64,000 nt of DNA from Candidatus Latescibacterota bacterium (GTDB lineage Bacteria; Latescibacterota; UBA2968; UBA8231): the NCBI GenBank assembly GCA_965261395.1, contig OZ253462.1, positions 160,001 to 224,000 on the forward strand, in the 5' to 3' direction. The notes under the pieces were generated by a model, which was not told where the DNA came from, ran no database searches, and saw only the letters and a list, made by a program, of their open reading frames with translations. The stretch's first letter is position 1. Each line of letters opens with the position of its first letter. Below, piece after piece: positions 18,144 through 26,742 of this stretch. The translations under genes and the position numbers were made by a program.

Positions 18144-19616
18144 TCAAGCACCCCCACCTTTCGGTTCCGCCGATTGCGTTGACTGACTTTGCCCGCCCTC
18201 TCCAGCTGACATCACTAAGCGGTCCCAGTCGGGAGCGCTTCCATCTCGCAACAAAGCCAACAGAGTGTCTCGGGCCAACTGCCGACCATCGGACAGCGCT
18301 TTCCCAAGGTCAATCCGTTTCCGCCTTGCCCGTGACCCGTGGACCAAAGCGGAACGCGCACCATAGAAATCCTTGACTTTGCGAAATATCCCTATGCGTT
18401 CTTCACCGTTGGTCCCGAGGAGATACCCGGCGCGGGTTTCCAACTTATAGGTGATCTCTGGTGCGTCCAAGCTGTACATGGTCTCAAGAGCTATGGCGGT
18501 ATCTAGGATGCGGTCTTCTGTACCGAATCGCCCAACTCTCGAAGGCAAACCCCCGAGCCGTCGGATGGCAAGGCCAAGCCGATCCCGGTCGTCCTGGTAC
18601 ATTCGCCAAGCCCGAACCATTTCAAGAAAGACTTCTGCACTGTCCTCAGAAAAGTGATTCTCACGCCACCAGTCGTTCGCCCACCCCCCACCACTGGTCC
18701 ACCCGAATTTAACGTTGGGGTCCAGGTCCTCCATCCATTTGTCCACCCGCACATACTGCCGCCGCGATATTTGTTGTTCTCCAGTTGCAATACAGAGGAA
18801 GTCCCGTACCGTTTCGTGGTCCCTGGGGAATTGGTACGTGGACGACGGGTCTTCCATGGTTTCTTCCTCAAAGGAGAATCGGAACCGGGTATTTAAGATT
18901 TTCTCTGATTCCACCTCCGTCGAGGTAATTGCAGGCCCCCAGGTCAGTTCTCTGACGAGCGCCGCGATGCTCTCCGGAGCTTCATCCAAGGGATGACGCT
19001 GTTCGATGCCCGCTGGAAGGTGCCTAAGATTCAGGAACGGGAACTCGCCACAAATCGCTTTAGCCTCTTCGTAGGGAGCCAGGAACGCGCCATCCCCGAT
19101 GTCAAGGCGGCGATCCAACTTGAGTCCGTAGAATAGAGTAACCTCGTAAGCCTTGAGATCCCGGGCCTCACCCAGCGTCAGGAATCGGTGTAATGTCTCG
19201 GCGGCGTTGCTCCCGTCAGTTTTGATAGCCAGTTTGGTCAAGCTAAGCGCCAAGGTCTTTAGTTCGACACGAAACGCGCCGTATGGTCTTAGAAAATGAA
19301 CAGCTTGGCCTTGGCTGGAATGGTCCAACGCCTGGCGTATCACCGGATGTTCACATAGGGCTGCCTTCACATCGGCCGGGTCGTCATCAAACCATAGGTG
19401 GGATTCTTCGAATGCAACCTCCGCGCCGGGTTCATGTTGCGCCCTACTTGCCAGGGTGCGGTACTCCTCATATGACACCTGTCCGGTATATCTATGGACC
19501 CGTCCGAAATCATCGACTTCCTCATAGGGGACCATTGGTCTTACCCTTGGGGCCAGAGCCATCAGGCTGGCAGCCAACCCTTCAATCCAGCAACTAAGTT
19601 CGAAATCTTGCTTCAT
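18144..19616 (-). CDS. HEPN domain protein (ApeA-like C-terminal HEPN), putative defence RNase
   Basis: C-terminal DRILDTAIALETMY...EITYKLETRAGYLL...FYGARSALVHG with an RxxxxH motif. Confidence 0.75.
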   Translation of the reverse strand: MKQDFELSCWIEGLAASLMALAPRVRPMVPYEEVDDFGRVHRYTGQVSYEEYRTLASRAQHEPGAEVAFEESHLWFDDDPADVKAALCEHPVIRQALDHSSQGQAVHFLRPYGAFRVELKTLALSLTKLAIKTDGSNAAETLHRFLTLGEARDLKAYEVTLFYGLKLDRRLDIGDGAFLAPYEEAKAICGEFPFLNLRHLPAGIEQRHPLDEAPESIAALVRELTWGPAITSTEVESEKILNTRFRFSFEEETMEDPSSTYQFPRDHETVRDFLCIATGEQQISRRQYVRVDKWMEDLDPNVKFGWTSGGGWANDWWRENHFSEDSAEVFLEMVRAWRMYQDDRDRLGLAIRRLGGLPSRVGRFGTEDRILDTAIALETMYSLDAPEITYKLETRAGYLLGTNGEERIGIFRKVKDFYGARSALVHGSRARRKRIDLGKALSDGRQLARDTLLALLRDGSAPDWDRLVMSAGEGGQSQSTQSAEPKGGGA

Positions 19617-19880
19617 CCTTCCTCACCTCTTTTGGGAATTGGCTTCGTGCTCCGAACCCCCAAGCCGATCTGGAGGACGCATCATCACAGACCCCTTACA
19701 GGTTCTCCTTGTCAGGCGGTCCCTCTGAGTAGGACTGGAACAAAGCCGGCTACGTTCTCATCGAGTCGGGCGCTTTCCCGGTCGGCCCTTCGCCGACAGT
19801 CAGCAGGCCAGCCAAGCACGAGGCGTGGGAGGATGGCTCCACCAGCGCAGTGGAAAACATTCTCGCCCGCCGCAGTATCG

Positions 19881-21188
19881 TCACGGAACAGCCATGTAGA
19901 ACTCCATCAAGTGGGGGAGTAGACTCAGCGCATGGAGGTGCTCTCCTAGCTGAGAGACGAACACTGACTCAGTATCATCTGGGTCAATGTTGTCAGACGC
20001 TACGTGAAACACAATGTTCCGAAAGTATCTAAGCTTGGGCGGAACGGCTTGCGGTCCCGCAATTCCTTCAATCTCATCGTGTCGTAACTCAGGAAACTCT
20101 TCGACAGCCTGGTGGTATATCCTCAGAGGTTCGGCAAGCAATGCGGTACTCACGCGCACCGGAGCAATCAGGTTTTGAGCCTGCTGATCGGTGATTGAGC
20201 TAGTATCCATGACCAATAAATCAAAGGGGCTGTGGGCATCCAGTTCAGTCCGGCTTCTGATTGCTCGTAACTTGCTGATGTCGAGTAGATTCACAAACTC
20301 ATTTGACAGTACCAGAGACCGCATCAGAATTCTCACGCAGTCCGTCTTAGCCTCCTGAACAAAGGATGGATAGCGTGGCCCATGGCTGACATTGTGCTTT
20401 CTGAACAACCCGAGCATATACCATGTTCGCAGGTTAAACGGTGTCTGGGTTGATTCATCAGTTGGGGTGTTGTATAAGCCGGGCAATGGACGCGAGAAAA
20501 CTTCCCACCTCTTATGCAATTTTGAAAGTTTGTCCTTGTCAGCTGGTCCAGAAGATTTGTTGGCGCGAAGTAACTCTTCGCCGACCAACTCGGATAATGA
20601 CCATCGGAGCCATGCTGCATACGCATCAATTGCCGACTGAGCCTTAAACACAGTGGAGTAGTAGTGACCATCTATCCCTCCGCCAGTCTCCATGAAGTTG
20701 TCGAGTGCGTCATGGAGATGTATTCGTTTAGCAGGATGCAACACCTTATCCCTAAGAGTGGTCAGATGTTGAATAGTAGTCTCGTTGGACTGGAACAAGG
20801 CTTCGAGGGGATCGAAGAGGAGGGCTGGGTCTCTTCTTGACTCCCTTCTATAACTCTCCAATTCCGCAGAGAGTAGGCACAAGTACATTTCCCATGGAAC
20901 CCAAGTCACAAACTCCAATATCCTGCGACTATTTAAGTCTGGGTCGAGGTCTTGGTCTTGGAACATCAGGTTATATACGGCGTCAATGTCCCTGTCATCG
21001 ATCAGTTGGGACATGCCTAGATTCTTCATCACACGAGTTTGGTGGTTGATATTGCGGAATGCAATGACGCGAACACCTTCCAATATGACACTCCGGTGAT
21101 ACTGAAGGTTTCGGTAGTGCTTTATTGCCTCATTCGGCAAATGGCTTCGCATTTTCTTATAGGCACCCTTATGTTTATCGGTCATCAT
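19881..21188 (-). CDS. Hypothetical protein with two HEPN-like RxxxxH motifs
   Basis: LRDKVLH and FRNIVFH lie in two similarly patterned helical halves; about 435 aa. Confidence 0.6.
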   Translation of the reverse strand: MMTDKHKGAYKKMRSHLPNEAIKHYRNLQYHRSVILEGVRVIAFRNINHQTRVMKNLGMSQLIDDRDIDAVYNLMFQDQDLDPDLNSRRILEFVTWVPWEMYLCLLSAELESYRRESRRDPALLFDPLEALFQSNETTIQHLTTLRDKVLHPAKRIHLHDALDNFMETGGGIDGHYYSTVFKAQSAIDAYAAWLRWSLSELVGEELLRANKSSGPADKDKLSKLHKRWEVFSRPLPGLYNTPTDESTQTPFNLRTWYMLGLFRKHNVSHGPRYPSFVQEAKTDCVRILMRSLVLSNEFVNLLDISKLRAIRSRTELDAHSPFDLLVMDTSSITDQQAQNLIAPVRVSTALLAEPLRIYHQAVEEFPELRHDEIEGIAGPQAVPPKLRYFRNIVFHVASDNIDPDDTESVFVSQLGEHLHALSLLPHLMEFYMAVP

Positions 21189-21248
21189 TCAAATCCCCAA
21201 TGTTCAATGGATTGCGACGCTCAGATATCGGAGGCGGCTGTATGTTAT

Positions 21249-21418
21249 GTATAGGAAAAATAAGGCCCGATGTCGGTACTATGCAGTTCGCTGAAAACGT
21301 ACGCAAGGGGCCAGCAGGGTCCCTGATGAATCGCTTGTCGTCGTCCAGCATCGTTCGGGACTGCTCTCAGTACCGTTGTAAAGGATTTCTGTGCGTTTCA
21401 GGGGTCAGCCCGGTACTT
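21249..21418 (-). mobile_element. oriIS-end of an IS91/ISCR-like element (repeat copy)
   Basis: Highly similar to 28937-29108. Ends on the minus strand in TTCCTATAC, about 220 bp downstream of a transposase-like C-terminus. Confidence 0.65.
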
Positions 21419-21471
21419 GAGGGTGCACTCCTCCGTACCGCTCACGGCGCCGGGAGCGAATCGGGAGGAGG

Positions 21472-21630
21472 TCAGGCAGCGAACTCAAACTGCGGCTGAG
21501 GCGGGCCCTCGGCGGGGGCACCGCCGGCAGCCTTACCCCGCATCAGCACATCACGCCGGTCCGTCTTCACCCGCTCCCCACTGCGACGCGAGATCCGACT
21601 CGGTGCCACCACCTCGCACCGGTGGCCCGC
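21472..21630 (-). pseudogene. Fused transposase scraps: IS110-like fragment plus IS91-like C-terminus
   Basis: CEVVAPSRISRRSGERVKTDRRD (IS110 KTDxxD motif) followed by PAEGPPQPQFEFAA* (IS91-like C-terminal tail). Confidence 0.6.
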
Positions 21631-21634
21631 TTGG

Positions 21635-23589
21635 CTACTTCGGTCGCGCGAAGGCAACGAGCGCGGCGTCTGGCCCGGTGCCCGTCGCGATGACGATGAA
21701 CTGCCGCCCCGACCGCGCCCGGTAGGTCATCGGGTTCGCGTTCGTTGGAAACGGCGTCGCGCCACGCCAGACCTCGGTGCCCGTCGCCTTGTCGAACGCA
21801 TATAGGTACGGAGTGCCGCCGCCGAGGAACACGAGGCCCCCCTTGGTCACCATCGGGCCGGAGTTGCCGCGCGTGCCCAGCCGCTCCGGCAGCTCGACGC
21901 CGCGCAGCAGCGGGTGATTGCGGATCTCGGGGCTGCCCTCACCGAACGGTATCTTCCACGCAATCTCGCCAGCATCGAGGTCAATAGCCACTAGGTGCGC
22001 GTACGGCGGCTTGATGAGCGGAATCGGGCCGAGCTTGCTCTCCGGGGTTTGCGCGGTGCCCGGTCCGTCGGCCTCCCGAAACATGAGGAGCGACGCACCC
22101 CATAGGGACAGTTGTTGCTGTACTCGACGTCGACTTCCGGGTCGTTGCCCGCATTCTCGCACAACTGGTTCGTGTCGGCGTCTTCCGATGTCCGAACGTA
22201 CAGCAGCCCGGTCTCGGGATCAAAGGCCGCCCCGCCCCAGTTCGCGCCGCCGCTGGCGCCCGGGCGCTGGAGCGTCCCCTGAAGACTCGGCGGCGTGAAG
22301 AGCGGACCCAGCCGGAACCGCTGCATCTCCTCCACCGCGAGCGCGTGGATCTCCGGCGTCAGATCGTTCGCGTCCTCCAGCGACACCCCCTGCCTGCTGA
22401 AAGGCGGCGGCTTGGTCGGGAACGGCTGCGTCGGATACAGCACCTCGCCCGGCACGTCCGTCGTCGTGTCCACCGCACGCTCCTCGATTGGCCACACCGG
22501 CTCGCCCGTCACCCGGTCGAACACGTACGTGAAGCCGTGCTTGGAAACCTGCGCCACCGCGTCGATCTCGCGCCCGTCCACCGTTACCGTCACGAGGTTC
22601 GGCGCTGCGGACAGGTCGTAGTCCCACACGCCGTGATGCACCGCTTGGAAGTGCCACTGCCGCTCACCCGTGCGCACGTCGAGGCACACCAGCGACTCGG
22701 CGAAGAGGTTCGCCCCCACCCGGCGGCCACCCCAGTAGTCGCTGCTCGGCGTGCTCGTCGGCACGTACAGCAGCCCGCGCTCGGCGTCGAGCGATATCAG
22801 CCCCCACACGTTGGCGTGGCCGGTGTAGCGCCACGACTCGTCCTCATAGGTGTCCGCGCCGAAGTCGTCGCTCGATTGCGGGATGGTGAAGAAGACCCAG
22901 CGGCGCTCGCCCGTGCGGGCGTCGAACGCCTGCACGGTTCCGGGGGTGTCGAACTTTCGCTGCAGCCGGTCAGGCACGCGGCTTCCCACGATCACTAGGT
23001 CCTCGAACACCACCGGCGGCGAGGTCTGGTCGAACTCGTGGCGGGTCACCGGGCGGCCATGGCCCTCGGTCAGCACAACGCTCCCGCTCTCGCCGAAGTC
23101 CGTGTCTAGCTCGCCGGTCGCGGCATCGATTGCGTACAGCCGGTCGCGGCTGTTGAGGAAAACGCGGTCGTCGTCGCCGTCGCTCCAGTAGGCGATACCC
23201 CGGTGCTTGAAGCCCCTCGGCCCCACACCCTTGGGCCCACCTTCGTAGGCCTTGGGATCAAAGGTCCACAGTTCGGCACCCGTCTCCGCGTCGAGAGCCA
23301 CCACACGCGTGTACATGGTGGAGAGGTAGAGGACGTTGCCGATCATGATGGGCGTTGCCTGGAATGGGCCCGGCCGGATGCCGTACTCCGCGAGGGGCAT
23401 CTCGTTCGGCTCCCATTGCCAGACGATCTCCAGTTCGTCGACATTCGCGGCCGTGATCTCCTCAGCCGCCGAGTACTTAGTGGGCGCCTGCTCGGCACCG
23501 ACGTACGGCCATTCAATCATGACGCCCGATTCCTGGGCGCCTGCGAGGGTGGTAAACAAGAGGGCGGCTGTCGCAACGAATCGCTTCAT
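21635..23589 (-). pseudogene. PQQ-dependent (quinoprotein glucose-type) dehydrogenase, frameshifted near 22100
   Basis: Signal peptide, FQATP, HHGVWDYD, PTQPFP and GGANWGG in one frame; KPPY..LVAIDL and ANPMTY...GRQFIVIA in another. The shift falls at a G-run. Confidence 0.8.
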
Positions 23590-23630
23590 GGAGGGGAATC
23601 CGATTGGAGAATGGAAACTAGTTTCGCGGC

Positions 23631-23666
23631 GTATTCTACGTATTCTAGGTATTCTACGTATTCTAG
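23631..23666. repeat. 9-bp tandem repeat (GTATTCTAS x4)
   Basis: GTATTCTAC GTATTCTAG GTATTCTAC GTATTCTAG upstream of the PQQ dehydrogenase. Confidence 0.85.
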
Positions 23667-23675
23667 ATATCATGG

Positions 23676-23841
23676 GTCGGCAATATGCAGTTCGCTGAAA
23701 ACGCACGCAAGGGTCCAGCAGGGTCTCTGATGAATCGCTTGTCGTCGCACAGAATCGTTCGGGCTACTGCGGAGGGTGGATGCCTGAACCTGCGCCATTT
23801 TCCTAGCCAGATTCCCCTTGCCTGGGGACGAGAGAATGCCC
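23676..23841 (-). mobile_element. Internally deleted copy of the ISCR-like repeat
   Basis: Left and right halves of the 28937-29208 element are joined at GTTCGGG|CTACTGCGG; the oriIS-like tip is missing. Confidence 0.7.
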
Positions 23842-24145
23842 CTATCCGCGCTGAGCTACCAGCAGGACTATGAAGAGACCGGGAGATGGCGAAAACACTG
23901 GTGGCAAAAGATCGCAGCACGGGTGAAGAAAATGGATAGAAAGCCTGGGTTGGCTACGCAGTCGACGGCGACAGTCGAAATCGTCGGGACAGGGTACGAC
24001 TTCATGACGAACCACGCTCCCCGAAGATAAAAGGCGTGTAGTACGAACCCGAGGGAAGTTACAGTGTCGAGGTGTAGGGGCTCGTCGGGAAGGCCGAATG
24101 GACCCGTCCGGCGAGATTTGTATGCGATCATTTTGCATCGGCTAC

Positions 24146-24177
24146 TTGACAATCAGCCGTAAACACCGTAAGCTTAC
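24146..24177 (+). promoter_or_regulatory. Sigma70 promoter (leaderless) with overlapping palindromic operator
   Basis: TTGACA-17 nt-TAAGCT; ATG lies 7 nt after the -10 box with no SD; palindrome GTAAGCTTAC covers the -10 box. Confidence 0.65.
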
Positions 24178-24180
24178 AAC

Positions 24181-24525
24181 ATGTCCAAGACGTTGGGTGA
24201 GCGTATTCGCGAGCTGCGTGATCAGGCAGATCTCTCCCTACGCGACCTGTCAAAGAGGACCGGTGGCCTGACGGCTGCTTTCCTTTCGGATATTGAGCTG
24301 GGGCGACGTTTTCCCTCAGATGATGCCCTTGTCCGTTTGGCCAAGGCGTTGGGGACGACAGTCGAGGATCTTCGAACCTACGACACGCGTCCGCCAGTAC
24401 AAGAGATCAAGCGGTTATCCGCGCAGAATCCCGCAATCGGTGCGGCTTTTCGTAAGATCACCGAGATGACGCCGGAAGAGATACTGAAGATGGTTGAGAA
24501 ATCGACAAGAAAGAAAAAAAAGTGA
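24181..24525 (+). CDS. XRE-family HTH repressor (CapH-like)
   Basis: LGERIRELR...LSLRDLS...FLSDIELGRRFPS; overlaps the peptidase start codon. Confidence 0.85.
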   Translation: MSKTLGERIRELRDQADLSLRDLSKRTGGLTAAFLSDIELGRRFPSDDALVRLAKALGTTVEDLRTYDTRPPVQEIKRLSAQNPAIGAAFRKITEMTPEEILKMVEKSTRKKKK

Positions 24526-25217
24526 GGAGTCTACGCGCGGATTCGGGTCCCTTCACGGAGAAGCCATTCTTCACCGAGAGCGAGATCGAACGAATGTGCG
24601 AGTGTGCCCTCCGCGAAGCAGGATATTACCCTTCCGAACCGTCGCGGGTGAACATCGACCGGTTTATCGAGAAGCACTTTGATGTTTCGCCACAGTTCGA
24701 GGATCTTCCGGAAGGAGTTCTCGGTTACTCTTGCTTCGGCGGCGATGGAATGATCAGCATGCACATTACGACGGCACTTACAAACGCGGGAACGCGAGTA
24801 GCCGAACGTCGCGTGAACACGACCCTAGCGCACGAGGCAGGTCACGGGCTGTTTCACTCATATCTCTTCAGCCTTGCTGAAGCCGGGTTAGAGCTTTTTG
24901 AGTCTGATCCCGATGTGACAAAGACTAGGATCCTCTGCCGCGATGAGAATACGCAACGGCAGAAGGTCAACGGGCGATGGTGGGAGACTCAGGCAAATAT
25001 GGCGATCGGTCCCCTGCTGATGCCAAGATCACTTGTCGTGGAAGTGGTTAAGCCATTTCTTGTCTCTACAGGCCTCTTGGGAATCGGGGATGTGCCTGAA
25101 GATAAGCGCGAGAATGTGGTCGCGACGCTCTCCGACGTTTTCGACGTTAACCCTGTCGTGGCGCGTATTCGATTGGAGGGAATTTTCAAGCCCTCGGGGG
25201 GGCAGCTGTCGCTCTGA
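24522..25217 (+). CDS. ImmA/IrrE-type zinc metallopeptidase (CapP-like)
   Basis: RRVNTTLAHEAGH (HExxH), WETQAN...LLMP and FDVNPVVARIRL. Confidence 0.85.
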   Translation: MRSLRADSGPFTEKPFFTESEIERMCECALREAGYYPSEPSRVNIDRFIEKHFDVSPQFEDLPEGVLGYSCFGGDGMISMHITTALTNAGTRVAERRVNTTLAHEAGHGLFHSYLFSLAEAGLELFESDPDVTKTRILCRDENTQRQKVNGRWWETQANMAIGPLLMPRSLVVEVVKPFLVSTGLLGIGDVPEDKRENVVATLSDVFDVNPVVARIRLEGIFKPSGGQLSL

Positions 25218-25321
25218 TTTTTTTTGGATAAGATGTAATCATTGTCAGCTTACATAAGCTTCTATTGAACCTGAATTCCGGTCTCTATGGACGAGCCGGG
25301 ATTGCGAGTAAAGGAGAAACA

Positions 25322-25390
25322 ATGGAAAAAATTTTGACTTACCTTCGATATGGGAACCAACCGATGTCCATCAGAAAGGAAACCAACTGA
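25322..25390 (+). CDS. Candidate 22-aa upstream ORF coupled to the Ubl gene
   Basis: AAGGAG RBS, MEKILTYLRYGNQPMSIRKETN*, and TGATG overlap with the Ubl start. Confidence 0.35.
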   Translation: MEKILTYLRYGNQPMSIRKETN

Positions 25391-25656
25391 TGTCCACCCC
25401 AAAGAAGATTTCAATCACCGTAGTCGTCAACGGCCAGCCAACTGTGGTCGATGCCAGCCAAGATGAACCCCTCGGTACGATTATTCCTGATGCGTTGCGT
25501 CAGACAGAGAACTCGGGCCAGCCACCAGAGAATTGGGAGCTCCGCGGTGCCGATGGGACGCTTCTTGACCTAGACAAGAAGATCGAGGACTACGGCTTCC
25601 CATCCAAGGTCCGCCTGTTCCTGAATCTCAAGGCGGGGGTTGGAGGCCATGGTTAA
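25390..25656 (+). CDS. bilA: Ubiquitin-like protein (DUF2604-like, BilA)
   Basis: Beta-grasp pattern (ITVVVNG...WELR...LDLDKKI...LFLNLKAGVGG) with C-terminal Gly-Gly plus a 2-aa tail (HG). Confidence 0.8.
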   Translation: MSTPKKISITVVVNGQPTVVDASQDEPLGTIIPDALRQTENSGQPPENWELRGADGTLLDLDKKIEDYGFPSKVRLFLNLKAGVGGHG

Positions 25657-26254
25657 CGCGACCGAACAGCATGTAGACCCCGAGGTATCCCGTACCAAGT
25701 TCGATCGCGAGATTACCGAGTACCTTTCCCTTGAGGCTGACTACCGCGCCCGGGGCTGGTTTCTTGTGAAGGCGGACTGGCCTGTGGCAGTCGTTGTTCT
25801 GGCCTCGAATAAGACCAGCCCGCCGGCGATTGTGACCGCCGTCCAGTTCGACTATACGAACTATGACGCCGAGCCGCCCTCAGTTCGCATGACTGATCCG
25901 TTCTCCGGCCGATTTCTTCTAAGCAAGGAGCTCCCCACCCGCCTCCTTCGCGCGATCCCCGGACCGGAGATGCCCCTACCGAACGGCACCAAGGTGCAGC
26001 AGGTATCGGTGCAGGAGCTGATGCAGGCTCACTCTCCGGAAGACCAACCCTTCCTCTGCGTAGCCGGGGTCAAGGAATATCACGACCACCCTGGCCATTC
26101 CGGTGACCAGTGGGAAATACACCGGTCCGCTGGCGAAGGTCGGATGGTTCGCCTGTTGGAGGTGATTTCCAAGTACGGCCTCGAACCGGTGCAGGGGTTC
26201 AACGTCAACCTCGTACCGCAAGTTACCTTCACTGTCTCGGAGCCTCCCCAGTGA
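25649..26254 (+). CDS. bilB: E2-like conjugating enzyme (CEHH domain, BilB)
   Basis: DYTNYDAEPPSV (E2 YP..PP-like motif) and FLCVAGVKEYHDHPGH (Cys/Glu/His/His). Confidence 0.8.
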   Translation: MVNATEQHVDPEVSRTKFDREITEYLSLEADYRARGWFLVKADWPVAVVVLASNKTSPPAIVTAVQFDYTNYDAEPPSVRMTDPFSGRFLLSKELPTRLLRAIPGPEMPLPNGTKVQQVSVQELMQAHSPEDQPFLCVAGVKEYHDHPGHSGDQWEIHRSAGEGRMVRLLEVISKYGLEPVQGFNVNLVPQVTFTVSEPPQ

Positions 26255-26742
26255 CCCTACGAGGCGTGCGGCGTTTTCGAATCCAGGCGAGTGCCATACG
26301 CGAAACCATGGAGGCGATTCGGTCTGCAGGACAGGATGGCTACGAGTTGTTCGTAGTATGGTCGGGTACGCGTGATGACGACATCTTCACCGTCGCCAAG
26401 GTGCATATCCCTAAACAAACCTCCTACAAACTCGATGCCGGACTCTGCGTACGAGTTGACGGTCCTGAGCTCCATCGCTTGAACATGTGGCTCTACGAGG
26501 CACAGCAGGCCATAGGAGTGCAGGTCCACGGTCATCCAGCCGATGCCTATCACTCGGAAACCGACGACACCTACCCGATCGCCACAATGCACGGAAGCCT
26601 ATCCATCGTCCTTCCCTTCTTCGGCCACGACGGCTGGGAGTCAAGTGATATCGCGGCCTATCGTCTCGGGCAAGACGGATGGGTCGAACTAACCGGCCCC
26701 TTGAGTGACCTGATAGAGGTTGTTGACAATGGCGTTAGCTGA
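26251..26742 (+). CDS. bilC: JAB/JAMM deubiquitinase-like peptidase (BilC)
   Basis: N-terminal Glu (GYELFV) and QVHGHPADAYHSETDD (HxH-x7-S-x2-D-type JAMM motif); GTGA overlap with the E2 stop. Confidence 0.85.
   Translation: MTLRGVRRFRIQASAIRETMEAIRSAGQDGYELFVVWSGTRDDDIFTVAKVHIPKQTSYKLDAGLCVRVDGPELHRLNMWLYEAQQAIGVQVHGHPADAYHSETDDTYPIATMHGSLSIVLPFFGHDGWESSDIAAYRLGQDGWVELTGPLSDLIEVVDNGVS

Noticed and set aside
19881-21188. Cas13 assignment for the dual-RxxxxH protein
   Set aside because: Much smaller than known Cas13 effectors, and no CRISPR array is nearby.
23631-23706. N-terminal extension RIRRIPRIRRIRR of the PQQ dehydrogenase
   Set aside because: It results from translating the 9-bp tandem repeat and the mobile repeat; the signal peptide starts at 23589.
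23836-23870. tRNA gene (minus strand GTAGCTCAGCGCGGATAG resembles a D-arm)
   Set aside because: No anticodon arm, T-arm or acceptor stem follows.
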